Numbered from the stretch's first letter, positions 19,772 to 31,074 are shown. The stretch: 64,000 nt of DNA from a bacterium (GCA_963693055.1 OY843751.1:1344001-1408000), one strand, 5' to 3'. Made by a program: numbers and translations. The notes: generated by a model not told the origin, from the sequence alone.

Positions 19772-22444
19772 TTAATTATTCACTGACGAAGCTTTGTCCA
19801 TGTTTGTGTTAATAAAATCCTTGTCGGCATTCGTTACCAGGCCGTCCATATTAATATCACCATTTTGATAGTTGCTGGCGTCCATGTTTGTATTGACCGG
19901 ATCTTTATCTGCATTAGTTATCAGGCCATCACCATTGGGATTACCTGCATACATGCCGTAAACGCCTGTTTCTACAACCGCAGCGTCTCCACCGTAATAT
20001 TTGTCAAAAGCAGTGGATCCATTTACTGTAAAGTCGTATAACGTGTTACCGCTTGTGCTTAGTGTATGTACCTCATCGCTTTCTATAGCAAGGTGATTAC
20101 GATGTTTGATGACGATAAAATAGTCTCCCGCGTCGGCTTCCATTTCGATAAATGAAGTTGTTCCGTCGTCACCTACAATTCGTCCATCTTTGTGGAGCAA
20201 TGCGCTTTTGGAAGCCACAGTGCTGCCGTCTGCGGTTGATCTGATTTGTACCAGCACCCAATCCACAATATCTGCTGGAATTGAAGAAATGGTACGGGCA
20301 TCTTGAGCATAAGGTGCAGTGGTTGGGATTATGTCATTTGTATTAAGCGTTGTAGCCATTGCATCATTGTCTGCATTGTACGGTCCCTCAAGAAAGACTT
20401 TGACCTGTACATGAATATTGGCGCCAAACCCGGTATCACCGGCTGTCCAATATGAAAAGCTGTTTATTCCGCTCAACGTTAAAGTATTTGCACTCGTATT
20501 CAATGTTGCGGATTGTTCTGTCCAACTGTTGCCATCTGCTGATTTGTACAAATCCAGATCCGCTTCGGTTGTACCGTTCAATTCTGTATCAAGATAATTG
20601 AAAACAAGAGTTGCGTTTGTTGGTGCATTATTGGAAGTGATTTGGTAATAACGTTCAATTCCGCTTGTACCCTGTGCAGTATGCCCTCTGGTAATGGTTG
20701 TGCTTCCCAGGTCTCCATCTTCGGTAATAACTGCTCCCAATCCGGCAACATCCATATCAATATTGCTCAAACTGCGTGTTGTGGTAATGGTACCGCTTGA
20801 ACCGTATAAATACCCGGCATCTTCAATTAATTCGCCTAAAGCGCCTAGTGTGATTGTGTTTCCAGCAAGATCGAGATTTCTTTCAAGAATCAAACTGCCA
20901 TTAACAGTCATAGCGGAAGTTAGTGATGAACTTGTATTGCTTCCCAAATAAAGATTATGGAATGACTGGGAGGCAGGGATGTCTGGTTCACTGTATCCAT
21001 TGCCATAGTCATAAATCCCGACATTGTCTCCCACTACCGGAATCCCGTTTGACCAGTTTTCCGCCGTTGACCAGTTTGTTGATGGAGTATTAAGCCAAGT
21101 ATTAAAGGCTGAAGACGCTTCCCAATCTGTTGATCCGTCCATGTTGGTCAGTGTTCCATTATTGCCATTTCCTGTATAGTCAGGTAGTATAGTACCACTG
21201 ATATTGTCAAAAGTGTAATAAGTGATTAAACCCGTTTCATTACCTGTCAGGGATTTGCACATGTTTTCACGGATCTCTAAAGCTGAGCGAGCTGTGTTCC
21301 AGATACGTACCTGATCAAATTTAACGGAGCAAATGAACGACGTGTTACCATTATCAGAGCCTAAACATAAATAGTCTGAACCATCCAATGAAAAGTTGGA
21401 GGTGATTGTCTCCGATGCCTCTAATTTGCCATTGATATAGATTTTGGTTTCCCGGTTATCGTACACAAAACACAAATGATACCAAACATTCGCGCTTACA
21501 GTATATCCTGAATTGACAACAACCTGGTTAGCGGATGCATCACTAATAAATAAATTTATTTCATTCGCGGAATCTTTGTAGGGGACAATTCTACAATTTG
21601 CGCTTTGCGCTTGGGCAAGATAAACCATGTTTTGTTGATTGGTAAGTGAATTGAACATGATCATATATTCTAATGTTACCGTTGAAGAAGACGATGACGT
21701 TATTGTCGCTTCGATGAAATCATTGGTTCCATCAAAATCCAGACAGTTTTTGGGGCCATACATTGCGGACGATGTTTGCCATTCGGTACCCGCCATGTTA
21801 GTTAACGCACCATCATAGTTGCCATTGTAATCTGATAATGTTGTTCCCGATGTCTCATTGAATTGATAATAAGCCACCAGATTGGTTTCCGATGCGGGGG
21901 CTGGTAGTTCACGATACATATTTTGACGGATTTCAGCTTCGGTGCGGACATCGTTCCAGATGCGTACTTCATCGATATTACCGGGAAAATAAATATCCTC
22001 TTTAGTGTATTTGCCTATACACATGAAATCAACACTTGTTACATTGCTGTTTGTGCCGCTGCCGTCTGCTATGCCGTTAACATACAATTGAACGGATTCA
22101 CCGTTTTTAACTACTGCTACGTGCACCCATTCACCTGTAATGATTGATTGTGAACCTACGGTAGAAATCCAGGAGCCACCATTCGGATGCGTACCAAATT
22201 CAAGAACACCTGAAGTTATTCTAAACTGTACATTGCTGCCATCAGAAGTGTTGCCCCAACTGATAAAATCGTTCAAGGCTTCGGTGCTGGTGGTTTTAAT
22301 CCAGGCTTCAATGGTTATTGTTTCCGTATATGCCGGTGAACTGGAGAACTGTACATAATCGTCAGTTCCATTAAAAACTAGAGAATAATTTTGGGCTATT
22401 GCCGCAACTGTCAAGATGAGAATTAAAAGTATTATTCTTTTCAA
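19772..22444 (-). CDS. Secreted tandem LamG/pentraxin-like protein with C-terminal dockerin-like domain
   Basis: Two W.H.A.V...ID[EQ]VRIWN LamG repeats; VKVFLEG..HRNHL domain; duplicated DGL[IV]TNADKD; no YPNPFNP CTD. Confidence 0.82.
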   Translation of the reverse strand: MKRIILLILILTVAAIAQNYSLVFNGTDDYVQFSSSPAYTETITIEAWIKTTSTEALNDFISWGNTSDGSNVQFRITSGVLEFGTHPNGGSWISTVGSQSIITGEWVHVAVVKNGESVQLYVNGIADGSGTNSNVTSVDFMCIGKYTKEDIYFPGNIDEVRIWNDVRTEAEIRQNMYRELPAPASETNLVAYYQFNETSGTTLSDYNGNYDGALTNMAGTEWQTSSAMYGPKNCLDFDGTNDFIEATITSSSSSTVTLEYMIMFNSLTNQQNMVYLAQAQSANCRIVPYKDSANEINLFISDASANQVVVNSGYTVSANVWYHLCFVYDNRETKIYINGKLEASETITSNFSLDGSDYLCLGSDNGNTSFICSVKFDQVRIWNTARSALEIRENMCKSLTGNETGLITYYTFDNISGTILPDYTGNGNNGTLTNMDGSTDWEASSAFNTWLNTPSTNWSTAENWSNGIPVVGDNVGIYDYGNGYSEPDIPASQSFHNLYLGSNTSSSLTSAMTVNGSLILERNLDLAGNTITLGALGELIEDAGYLYGSSGTITTTRSLSNIDMDVAGLGAVITEDGDLGSTTITRGHTAQGTSGIERYYQITSNNAPTNATLVFNYLDTELNGTTEADLDLYKSADGNSWTEQSATLNTSANTLTLSGINSFSYWTAGDTGFGANIHVQVKVFLEGPYNADNDAMATTLNTNDIIPTTAPYAQDARTISSIPADIVDWVLVQIRSTADGSTVASKSALLHKDGRIVGDDGTTSFIEMEADAGDYFIVIKHRNHLAIESDEVHTLSTSGNTLYDFTVNGSTAFDKYYGGDAAVVETGVYGMYAGNPNGDGLITNADKDPVNTNMDASNYQNGDINMDGLVTNADKDFINTNMDKASSVNN

Positions 22445-22789
22445 TTGTTTATCTCCACAATTTTAAAATTTGGTTTTGAATTAAATGTGAATAGAAAAAT
22501 TTTGTAATTATTGATTAACAATAAATATGCCAATAAAAGTTATTATACAATATTAATTTATTAAATTTTCTATATATAAAAAAAAAATAATTTTTACTTT
22601 ATATAATTTTTAAGATAATTATTTACGAAAAAAATTTAATTTTTTAATAATTATGGCAAGAGTCTGATTTCTAAAGGTAGTTTATTGAGTGGAAGATAGA
22701 TAGAGAGTTAAAGATTTGTATAATGAGAGCCTTGTACCGGAACAAATGTTCCGATACAAGGTCTTCTTTTCCTGTCAATTCATTATGAT

Positions 22790-24067
22790 CTATTTAATTA
22801 ATATTACTTTTTGGATTTGAGAAAGATTACCTGTCTGCAATCTTACCAGATAGGTACCGCTGGGAGCCATGATCCCTGAATCGGTTGAACCGTCCCACTG
22901 TGCCGAGTATTCACCAGCGGTCTGATATAGATCATTAAGTAAACTGATCTGACGTCCCAACATGTCAAAAACGCCAAGTGTTACATGACCATCTTTTGCC
23001 AGATTGTATTTGAGTGTGGTGGATGGATTAAATGGGTTGGGGTATGCTGCAAAGAGCTGAGTTGTTGTTGGGATAGCTGAAACCTTAACCTCAGTTTTCC
23101 CGATTTCACTCCTGTTGCCATCTGAGCTGACATCGGAGAGACGATAAGTGTATTCCTTTCCCACGGTTACATTGTTATCTATAAAACTGTATTGAGAAGT
23201 GGAGGAGGTTGTTCCTTTTCCAGTCAGATCCGAGTGTGTTTTGTAAGAGGCAATCTGTTCATAATCCGAGTTTTCCATGCAACGTTCAAGTATGAATCCC
23301 AAATTGTCAGATTCGCTTGCGGTTGCCCATTCCAGGATGATTGATTTGTTTTCAGGTTTTGCTGAAAAGGACATTAATTCCACAGGGAGAGAGAGATCGT
23401 TAGCCACTGTCCAGGTTGCCCCGGTAATTGTTCCGGTATGTCCATTACCAGTATTATCTGTCAGTGTGGTGCCGCTGCCATTACTCATTTTATAATAAGC
23501 AACAAGGCCTGATTCGGAACCGGTAAGCTCTATGTTTTTGTTGTTATTAATCTCTGTCACAGTACGGGCATCGTTCCAGATTCTGACTTCGTCAATAAGG
23601 CCGTCGAAAAATCTGGTAGTATAATCTACACCAATGCACAACGGATCGGAATTTGCCGATGTGACCAAATAGCCTGATGATGAAGATGTTTTAAGGCTGC
23701 CATCAATATAAATATAGCATACACCACTATTTACAACACCAGCAACATGGTGCCACGTATTAGCGGTTAGTGAATTCGTTGGGCTTTGTAATCCATCAAA
23801 GCTTATGTTCTGGTTGTCTCCTATTCGAATTACAAATCCATCAGCTGCGCCTGTTTGATATTTAGAGATAATGCCGTTTCCTGATGTAAAGCTGTGACAA
23901 TAGATCCAGGCTTCAACGCTATAGTCACCCGTTAAATCGAGGTTGTCATGGTCGGGTATTGCAACAAAATTACTAGAGCCGTTAAATTCTAGAGCATAAT
24001 TTTGAGCATTTGATGTGCTCCATAAAAGTAGAACCAGAATAGATAAAATAGTACCAATTTTCCTCAT
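22790..24067 (-). CDS. Secreted LamG domain + Ig + T9SS-type CTD protein
   Basis: WHHVAGV..IDEVRIWN, LPVEL and YPNPFNP motifs. Confidence 0.85.
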   Translation of the reverse strand: MRKIGTILSILVLLLWSTSNAQNYALEFNGSSNFVAIPDHDNLDLTGDYSVEAWIYCHSFTSGNGIISKYQTGAADGFVIRIGDNQNISFDGLQSPTNSLTANTWHHVAGVVNSGVCYIYIDGSLKTSSSSGYLVTSANSDPLCIGVDYTTRFFDGLIDEVRIWNDARTVTEINNNKNIELTGSESGLVAYYKMSNGSGTTLTDNTGNGHTGTITGATWTVANDLSLPVELMSFSAKPENKSIILEWATASESDNLGFILERCMENSDYEQIASYKTHSDLTGKGTTSSTSQYSFIDNNVTVGKEYTYRLSDVSSDGNRSEIGKTEVKVSAIPTTTQLFAAYPNPFNPSTTLKYNLAKDGHVTLGVFDMLGRQISLLNDLYQTAGEYSAQWDGSTDSGIMAPSGTYLVRLQTGNLSQIQKVILIK

Positions 24068-24378
24068 TCATAACTCCTTTCTTAGGCTTTGTCAGATAGT
24101 ACATGTTCATTAGATATTAGTTATAAAGTAAAAGTGAATTTTTTGATTTTGTTCTTTTGTTGTTTTAATATTCAACCTGATAAAAATACTGATTTAATAT
24201 TACAAATAAAAATAATTTTAAAAGAAAAAATCTACTGACAGTTTCAAGCTTGATTCAAATGTTTTAAAAATAAAAGATATTTAATATTTATGAATATGAT
24301 ATGTTTCTTGTATGTATCAATTCTTGTGCCAATTTATAACTATTGTTATTATTTAATGCATCTTTTGTTTTAAATAAT

Positions 24379-26349
24379 TTATCTCAGGAATATGATTTTT
24401 TGTGTTTGTGTTACGGATTCTGTTTGCAAACGTATTAAATAAGTTCCGCTGGGTGCAGAAATTTCATTATCATTAGTACCGTTCCATTGGATAGAATATT
24501 CACCCGCAGCCTGCTGCTGGTTGACCAGTGTTTTAATTTTTCTTCCCAATACATCAAATACAAAAAGACTTACCTGGCTGTCTATTGCTAAATGATATTC
24601 AAGTCTGGTAGTAGGATTAAATGGATTTGGGTACGCTGCGAATAATTGTGTTTTTGAAGGTACAGCTGACGATTTAATAAATGTTGTTCCGATCTCTTTT
24701 CTGTCTCCGTTGATATTGACTTCAAAAAGTCTGTAACTGTAATCTATTCCTGATTTAATACTGGTATCAATAAAATGATATTGTGATTGGGACGAGATTG
24801 TTCCCTGTCCTGTAAGTGTTGTATTGGATTTATATGAAGCGATCTGCTGCCATGCAGAATCTTTTGATTTGCGTTCAATAATAAATCCGAGATTATCTCT
24901 TTCGCTAGCCGTAACCCACTCTAGTTTTACCACGTTACCTTGGCTGGATGCTGTAAAGGATACCAGTTCCACTGGCAATGATGCATCACCGTTAGATAAA
25001 GCCGCATTGCTGATTGAACCGTCTAGTGCACCTTTGTCTAAGGTCAGACTGCTATTGTTTACAATTACTCCCTGAACCGCACCCGTGGCATTAGATGCAA
25101 TATCACCAGTGAGAAAGAAATAAACGTTACTGGTACTTATTGCGCTGGTGAATCCTGAAAAGGTCACAGAACTACCGTCACTGGGATCGGCTGCAACAGT
25201 CGATCCCAGTTGGGTATCTGATCCGAAAACGGCATCTGCGGATGCCCACAATTTAAGGTTTGATAGACCGGTTCTGGTACCGTTGAGCTGGATTGATAAA
25301 TCAGTTACTGATGCCCCGGTGACATCAGCAGACAGCTGCAAACGGCCCAGAACCTGATCTGAACTCCCCGGCGTAACTGTTGGTGTATAGCTACTGCCGT
25401 CAGTAAAAGTAATTGTAGCATTGGATGTGGTGAAATTTTCCACACCGCCATAAGCATTACCCTGAGTATTGGTTGCATATGCCTGAAAATAATAAGTGGT
25501 TCCGGGTAAAAGAGAACCAATGATTTCATCAAACTCGCCAGTACCACTGCCGTCCGATAACTGGGTGACACCTGCATCTCCAATATAAGGTTTTGTATCT
25601 GTAGCAGAATACACATAACCTCGTTCAGTAATTGAATTACCACCGTCATAGGTAATATTACCTCCCAGTGTAGCAGAGGTTTGAGTGACCGATACTGCAG
25701 CGGTTGTTGTAAGCACCGTTTCTGTGGGAGGCGTTGTACTGCCTTCATAGTAAATGTTTAAATCGTCTACTGCAAAGTCATTGCCATAATTGTCGGATTG
25801 TGCATTAGTTAAGGTAAGCGTTGGCCGTAAAGAAGCCGCTGTAAAAGAACCCGAGAGACGGTTCCAGGTTTGATAATTAGGACACGTAATAGTTCCAATG
25901 ACTTCAGCATCGGCTTTGAATGTCAAAGAGGCGTGGGCTCCATCATTATAAACATCCATAACCCAGGCAGAGAAATCATATGTTTGGCCTAAAATTAAAT
26001 CCTGACTGGGTGTTCCCTGCCATACGACTGTTGAGGTGTTTGCGGATCCATTTGCAATGAACATGAGACCATCGCCAGTAGTATGGTCAGTTCCGCTGAG
26101 CCATGCGCTATGAAAGTCATATGCACTGTATCCTACACTATAGTAACCTTCAGGTCCAAGTTCATTATTAATACCAACCTGGTCTGCAATAAAAGTATAA
26201 CCGCTTGAAAAGCCAGAATTTCCCAATGAAAAATCTCCGTTAACTATTACAATTCTTTCAGCATAAATCATCATTGTTGTACTGAAAATATAGATTGCAA
26301 TTGTCATACAAAAATTGACAGGTGTAATTCTTAATAAATTGTGTTTCAT
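24379..26349 (-). CDS. Secreted multidomain protein (CBM-like, FN3-like, Ig) with T9SS-type CTD
   Basis: NGDFS..GNDFAVDDL N-domain, GTTYYFQAYATN FN3-like repeat, LPVEL and YPNPFNP. Confidence 0.8.
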   Translation of the reverse strand: MKHNLLRITPVNFCMTIAIYIFSTTMMIYAERIVIVNGDFSLGNSGFSSGYTFIADQVGINNELGPEGYYSVGYSAYDFHSAWLSGTDHTTGDGLMFIANGSANTSTVVWQGTPSQDLILGQTYDFSAWVMDVYNDGAHASLTFKADAEVIGTITCPNYQTWNRLSGSFTAASLRPTLTLTNAQSDNYGNDFAVDDLNIYYEGSTTPPTETVLTTTAAVSVTQTSATLGGNITYDGGNSITERGYVYSATDTKPYIGDAGVTQLSDGSGTGEFDEIIGSLLPGTTYYFQAYATNTQGNAYGGVENFTTSNATITFTDGSSYTPTVTPGSSDQVLGRLQLSADVTGASVTDLSIQLNGTRTGLSNLKLWASADAVFGSDTQLGSTVAADPSDGSSVTFSGFTSAISTSNVYFFLTGDIASNATGAVQGVIVNNSSLTLDKGALDGSISNAALSNGDASLPVELVSFTASSQGNVVKLEWVTASERDNLGFIIERKSKDSAWQQIASYKSNTTLTGQGTISSQSQYHFIDTSIKSGIDYSYRLFEVNINGDRKEIGTTFIKSSAVPSKTQLFAAYPNPFNPTTRLEYHLAIDSQVSLFVFDVLGRKIKTLVNQQQAAGEYSIQWNGTNDNEISAPSGTYLIRLQTESVTQTQKIIFLR

Positions 26350-26741
26350 GCTATTTTCTTTCCCTCATTCTTCAAGTCTGGAGCCTGACTTGTTGTGTTG
26401 ATCTTGAAATTTGAACTTGATTGTCATTTTTTAGTCAGGTTGATCTATTCATGACATGTACCCAGAATTCTCCAGCAAGCATCATTCCTTAGATTCTTGC
26501 TGAGAAAAGTACAGCACGGTAGGGCTCAAGTTAGTTCATCCGCAAGAAAAACGGTAAAAATAATATAATGTTTAGCCATTTTTGTTTATACTGTTTTGTA
26601 TTTTTACCCATTGATATAAAAATTATATTAATTTGTTTAAAGTTAAAAAATTTCTATATTTACAACATAATTGTATTTGTTAAAATTGGTAAAACTTTAC
26701 ATTAATGATAAAGATTAAACGGTATTGATAAAATATATGGA

Positions 26742-28484
26742 GTGAATGATTTGGGAAAATTCAGTTTATTAATACAGTTTGTTTTTATGTTTTGTTTTGT
26801 CCTCCTGGGATCCCCAACTGCTCAATCAAACACATTTGATTTTGACGCTCAGATACGTGGTTTGGATACATTGAATATTGAACAATTCCGTTTGGAAATT
26901 GATACATTATATTTTGAACTGGAACGTATCAATGACTATGAAATTAAAAAGGAATATGCCGATCGTCTTTTTGCCATCACTAAGGAGAGGGACGAGTTGG
27001 CTCACATTCGTTCGTTGGTTTATCCGGTAATCTATCCGGATTCTATCAAAGTACTTTATATGAATGAAGCCTTTGAAATTGCGAAAAGATTAAACTCTGT
27101 TAAAGAATTAGCATGGTTGGAGGAAAGGCGTTGTCGTTATTTTATGGGAAAAGCCCAGTATGATTCGGCAATGATAAGCTTATTAATATTGAGAGATGAA
27201 TTCAGTCCCAGCCCTGGCAGTGAAGAATACCTGAATATTGAAAACCTATTGGGAGATATTTACTATAGAACCGGTATGTATGAACAAGCATTGACTGCCT
27301 ACCAAAATATTTATAAAGAGTTTGTAAAGCAGGACAAATGGAATTATTGGCGACCTTTTGTTCTCATGAACAATATGGGTTTAATAGGTATAGTAACATC
27401 TGATTATCAATTAGCAGAAAACTGGTTTAGCAAGTCATTAGAAAAAGCCAGACAATATTTGATGGTTCCTGAAAAAAATAATATCATTGCTTATATTTTG
27501 GTGAAATTAATGCAAGTAAATATCGAAAAGGAAAGCTATGATGTAGCCAGAAATTATTTACAGCAAATATTATCTATACCACAAGATCAATTTTATACTG
27601 ATGTTCACCAGGAACTTTTGTTTTGGAAAAGTATGCTATTGTTAAAAGAGGGGGATGCAGATGGAGCATTGGAACAGGTACAAGCTTTATTAGATTATGG
27701 TAAAAAAAGACAAGCTGCTGTGCGGTTTAAAACTGAAGTTAATTTATTGCTATCTCAAATATACAAAGCGCAAGGTAAACGCCAATTGGCTTTACAGCAT
27801 TTGGAAAAATATACAGTTGTAAATGATTCTTTAATGAAATATAATCACTCTATTCGTTCGTTACTTTTACTGGCAGAAAAAGATCATAAACTTACAAGAG
27901 AAAAGTTGAAAGCTGCCAAACGTCAGGAATTATGGTTGTTTTCATTCATAGCAATTATATTATTAGCCTTGGTGATTGTTGTTCTGTTATACAGGCGTCT
28001 TTATCTGTCAAAATTGAAAATGGTTGATAATGCAATGGAAAAAGAATTAAAAGGTGAAAAACAATCTGTATCAACCCGATTTAATGAGTTGCCAAAAGAT
28101 ACTGAACAGCAAGAGGGCACGTTTCAACTACTTTTCCAGTTGGACGAATTAATAAATGAGAAAAAAATATATCTTGATCCTGATTTGAATATTCAAAAAA
28201 CAGCAGACTATTTATCTACTAATCGAACCTATTTATCTACAGCTATAAATAATACCTACAATATGAACTTTCCTACCTATATTAATCGCTTGCGTATACA
28301 GGAATCTATACACCTGATTGCTGAGGGTTTTACAAAAAATCAGACACTGGAAGCATTGGCATCACAATCCGGCTTTGCCAATCGGGTAGTATTTGTAACA
28401 GCGTTTAAAAAGTATACCGGTGTTACTCCGTCCTTTTTTATCAAGAATTTTGAGCATTATCATGCAAAGCTGGTTGAAAAATAA
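26742..28484 (+). CDS. Membrane-anchored TPR + AraC-family transcriptional regulator
   Basis: TPR-like helices, a TM segment (LWLFSFIAIILLALVIVVLL), and YLDPDL..TNRTYLS..YINRLRI..SGF..FKKYTGVTP AraC motifs. Confidence 0.85.
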   Translation: MNDLGKFSLLIQFVFMFCFVLLGSPTAQSNTFDFDAQIRGLDTLNIEQFRLEIDTLYFELERINDYEIKKEYADRLFAITKERDELAHIRSLVYPVIYPDSIKVLYMNEAFEIAKRLNSVKELAWLEERRCRYFMGKAQYDSAMISLLILRDEFSPSPGSEEYLNIENLLGDIYYRTGMYEQALTAYQNIYKEFVKQDKWNYWRPFVLMNNMGLIGIVTSDYQLAENWFSKSLEKARQYLMVPEKNNIIAYILVKLMQVNIEKESYDVARNYLQQILSIPQDQFYTDVHQELLFWKSMLLLKEGDADGALEQVQALLDYGKKRQAAVRFKTEVNLLLSQIYKAQGKRQLALQHLEKYTVVNDSLMKYNHSIRSLLLLAEKDHKLTREKLKAAKRQELWLFSFIAIILLALVIVVLLYRRLYLSKLKMVDNAMEKELKGEKQSVSTRFNELPKDTEQQEGTFQLLFQLDELINEKKIYLDPDLNIQKTADYLSTNRTYLSTAINNTYNMNFPTYINRLRIQESIHLIAEGFTKNQTLEALASQSGFANRVVFVTAFKKYTGVTPSFFIKNFEHYHAKLVEK

Positions 28485-28521
28485 TAACTATTTTTTCATA
28501 ACAAAATTTATTTTAGAAAAG

Positions 28522-28559
28522 TGTATAGCTCTTTCGGTATTTTCCGAAAGAGCTATACA
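28522..28559. terminator. Bidirectional terminator between convergent genes
   Basis: Perfect 16-bp stem TGTATAGCTCTTTCGG/CCGAAAGAGCTATACA. Confidence 0.8.
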
Positions 28560-28576
28560 AATTTTGTTATAAAATA

Positions 28577-29917
28577 TTATTTGATAAACAATACTTTTTG
28601 TGAATGAGTTGTGTTCCCTGTATTCATCTGAATCAGATAAGTACCGCTTGGGGTAAGCTGACCGCTATCTGTAGAGCCATTCCACTGGACCGAATATTCT
28701 CCTGCAGGCTGTTTTTGGTTAATCAGCTGTTTGATCTGACGACCCAAAACATCATAAACTGTCATGGTAATGTGGTTGTCTTTTGCTAAATTATACTTGA
28801 GCGTTGTGGTTGGATTAAACGGATTTGGATAGGCTGTAAATAATTGTGTGGAAACAGGCACTGTTTCGTTAACAGATGTTGTACCAATAATGTTTATTGT
28901 TCCGGTTATGCTGGCTTCGGTGAGACGATAGATGTAATTCATTCCCGCTGAAGCATTCTTGTCTGTATAAATATATTGCGATGGGGAAGAGGTAGTACCT
29001 TGACCCGTTAATTCCGTATGGGTTTTGTACGAGGCGATCTGCAGCCAATGGGTATCATCGGTTTTACGATCGATAATAAAACCGAGATTATCTCTTTCGC
29101 TGGAAGTGATCCATTCGATATCGATCCCCATTGAGGTAGAAACTGCAGTTAAGGATTGTAAAGCGACAGGCAAACTTCCATCCAGTCCTGTACCTTGTAT
29201 GGAAAAGCTAAAGGAACTTTCGTCTTGATCATCGTTGGATATTGTAATTGTTGCCGAGCGTGTTCCCTGTACAGTAGGATCAAAGGTTACCTGAAAGGTT
29301 GATGAGCTGCCTATACCAATTTCAGAATTGGGATCAAGAGTGACAGAAAAATCACCAGCATGAGTACCGCCAATCTCAACCAGGGGGGCGCCTGTTAATC
29401 CTAATGGCCATACCCCACTGTTAGATATAGTAAAAGAGTGAACTACTGTTTGAGATGTAATATCGGCATCACCAAAGTCTGTATTGTCGGTAAGCGATGG
29501 TAAAGGATCGTTGTTTTTAATGTTTTGTCCATTACCGGATACAGATATTTCTGGCCAAAGTACAGTAACCAGAGGAGTGCCGGTTGCTTCACCCCACAAA
29601 ACCCACCCCGAAGCTGGCGGTTCAGATGGGGGTGCCTCCGGATCTCTATATTCTACGAAATATAAAATATCATCATCATCATTATAGTTGGTATCAATAT
29701 TCCAGTATTCAACGCCGCCGTACCAGTCACAATAGACGTAATTTCCGTCAACGTCCATCCAGTATTTGTAACCATCACTATCTACACCTTGTACACTATA
29801 GGTGCCGTTTACATTTGCAGGAGTAGTGATTCCGGTAATTTTCAAACCCTGACTGTAAACCTTTAAAGTAGTAATTATTACAAATACCAGAAAAATTGTT
29901 TGATTTAATTTTTTCAT
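28577..29917 (-). CDS. Secreted choice-of-anchor-D-like + Ig + T9SS-type CTD protein
   Basis: TDFGD..FTISNSG..FQVTFDP..RSATITISNDD domain, LPVAL and YPNPFNP. Confidence 0.8.
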   Translation of the reverse strand: MKKLNQTIFLVFVIITTLKVYSQGLKITGITTPANVNGTYSVQGVDSDGYKYWMDVDGNYVYCDWYGGVEYWNIDTNYNDDDDILYFVEYRDPEAPPSEPPASGWVLWGEATGTPLVTVLWPEISVSGNGQNIKNNDPLPSLTDNTDFGDADITSQTVVHSFTISNSGVWPLGLTGAPLVEIGGTHAGDFSVTLDPNSEIGIGSSSTFQVTFDPTVQGTRSATITISNDDQDESSFSFSIQGTGLDGSLPVALQSLTAVSTSMGIDIEWITSSERDNLGFIIDRKTDDTHWLQIASYKTHTELTGQGTTSSPSQYIYTDKNASAGMNYIYRLTEASITGTINIIGTTSVNETVPVSTQLFTAYPNPFNPTTTLKYNLAKDNHITMTVYDVLGRQIKQLINQKQPAGEYSVQWNGSTDSGQLTPSGTYLIQMNTGNTTHSQKVLFIK

Positions 29918-29944
29918 TTTCTTTCTCTTGTTTACTAATACTTT

Positions 29945-30502
29945 TTAAAATGGATTTTCACCATTTACACAAATATAATATCGAAGTACTAGAACCGGTT
30001 GAATATTGGAATGTGGTTGATTTTCACCGGACGATATAATTACACCTGGGGCCATTGTTGTTGAAGAGATGGAAGGAGAGGAATAGTATTTTAGATCATC
30101 ATACTTTTCATCCATTTCTTTTATTTTTGCAGGATAATTGTTTTCAATTTCCAAGTTGTCTGCATCTTTATTAGAGCAAAATACCGAATGATTATGGGAA
30201 GGTATTTGAGATTTGGTTAAAGTTACTTCACTAGCCCCCCCTGTTTCTCCCAAAGTACGTGCTGTTAGTTTCGCTCGTTTACCCACTCCAACCACTACTC
30301 TGTCTTTCAGGTTCGGAATTGCAAAATTGTTGACCCCATCTCCTCCGAAATGATTTCCAATTATTGCAAATAATTCAGGATATTCTGTAATTTTTAACAG
30401 ACGGCCATCGCAATATTTCCAATTTGTAGTAATAAATTCTCCGTACAGATTGTAGGGGAATGCTTCTATTGTACCCATAAAACTGGTTTCACTGGCCATC
30501 AT
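29945..30502 (-). CDS. Phage tail-collar domain protein (MdpB-like), copy 3
   Basis: F.GTI..F, W..CDG.LL.I..Y..LF..IG..FGGDG..FAIPNL.R and HSNIQP.L.L.Y.IC..G motifs. Start moved to the ATG after an AAGGAG RBS. Confidence 0.85.
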   Translation of the reverse strand: MMASETSFMGTIEAFPYNLYGEFITTNWKYCDGRLLKITEYPELFAIIGNHFGGDGVNNFAIPNLKDRVVVGVGKRAKLTARTLGETGGASEVTLTKSQIPSHNHSVFCSNKDADNLEIENNYPAKIKEMDEKYDDLKYYSSPSISSTTMAPGVIISSGENQPHSNIQPVLVLRYYICVNGENPF

Positions 30503-31058
30503 GTTCTCCTTTGTTTTCAGATTCATGCCTTGGGGGAAAGATACCATTTATACATATAATATAATTTAAACAGAAAAATGGCATCATATTCTCATGACCC
30601 TCGCCATCGCCTGTCATACCAATCATATTTTTTTTCATTAATACATCTTTATCTTTTCTATAAAAATGATATTTGTTAGAACTACTGTTTTGTGCCGGAT
30701 AATTATTTTCAGGATCATTAACCAAACCTGTTCTACCTGGTGTTGTAGTACATTGTAAAAGGTGATTATGTAATGGCATTTGATCTCTTTCCAATATTAT
30801 TTTTTCATATCCACCATGATTCCCAAGATTGAAGTTTGACGATTCTCCTTGACCGGTCCCAACCGGTATACATCCGCGCAAATCCGGCAATGCTATTGTA
30901 GTTCGGCCATCACCCCCAAAATTGTTGCCGATTAGGGCTGCAAGTGCCTTGTGATCTGAAATGGATAATAGTGATCCATCACAAATTGCCCAATTGGTAG
31001 GGATTTTGGGGCCAGCAAAAAGTGCAATTTCTCCCAGAAAACTGTTTAAACCTGCCAT
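30489..31058 (-). CDS. Phage tail-collar domain protein (MdpB-like), copy 2
   Basis: FLGEIALFAG..NWAICDG..FGGDGRTTIALPDLRG..HENMMPF.CLNYIICING. Confidence 0.88.
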   Translation of the reverse strand: MAGLNSFLGEIALFAGPKIPTNWAICDGSLLSISDHKALAALIGNNFGGDGRTTIALPDLRGCIPVGTGQGESSNFNLGNHGGYEKIILERDQMPLHNHLLQCTTTPGRTGLVNDPENNYPAQNSSSNKYHFYRKDKDVLMKKNMIGMTGDGEGHENMMPFFCLNYIICINGIFPPRHESENKGEHDGQ

Positions 31059-31074
31059 TTTTTATCTCCTGAAT

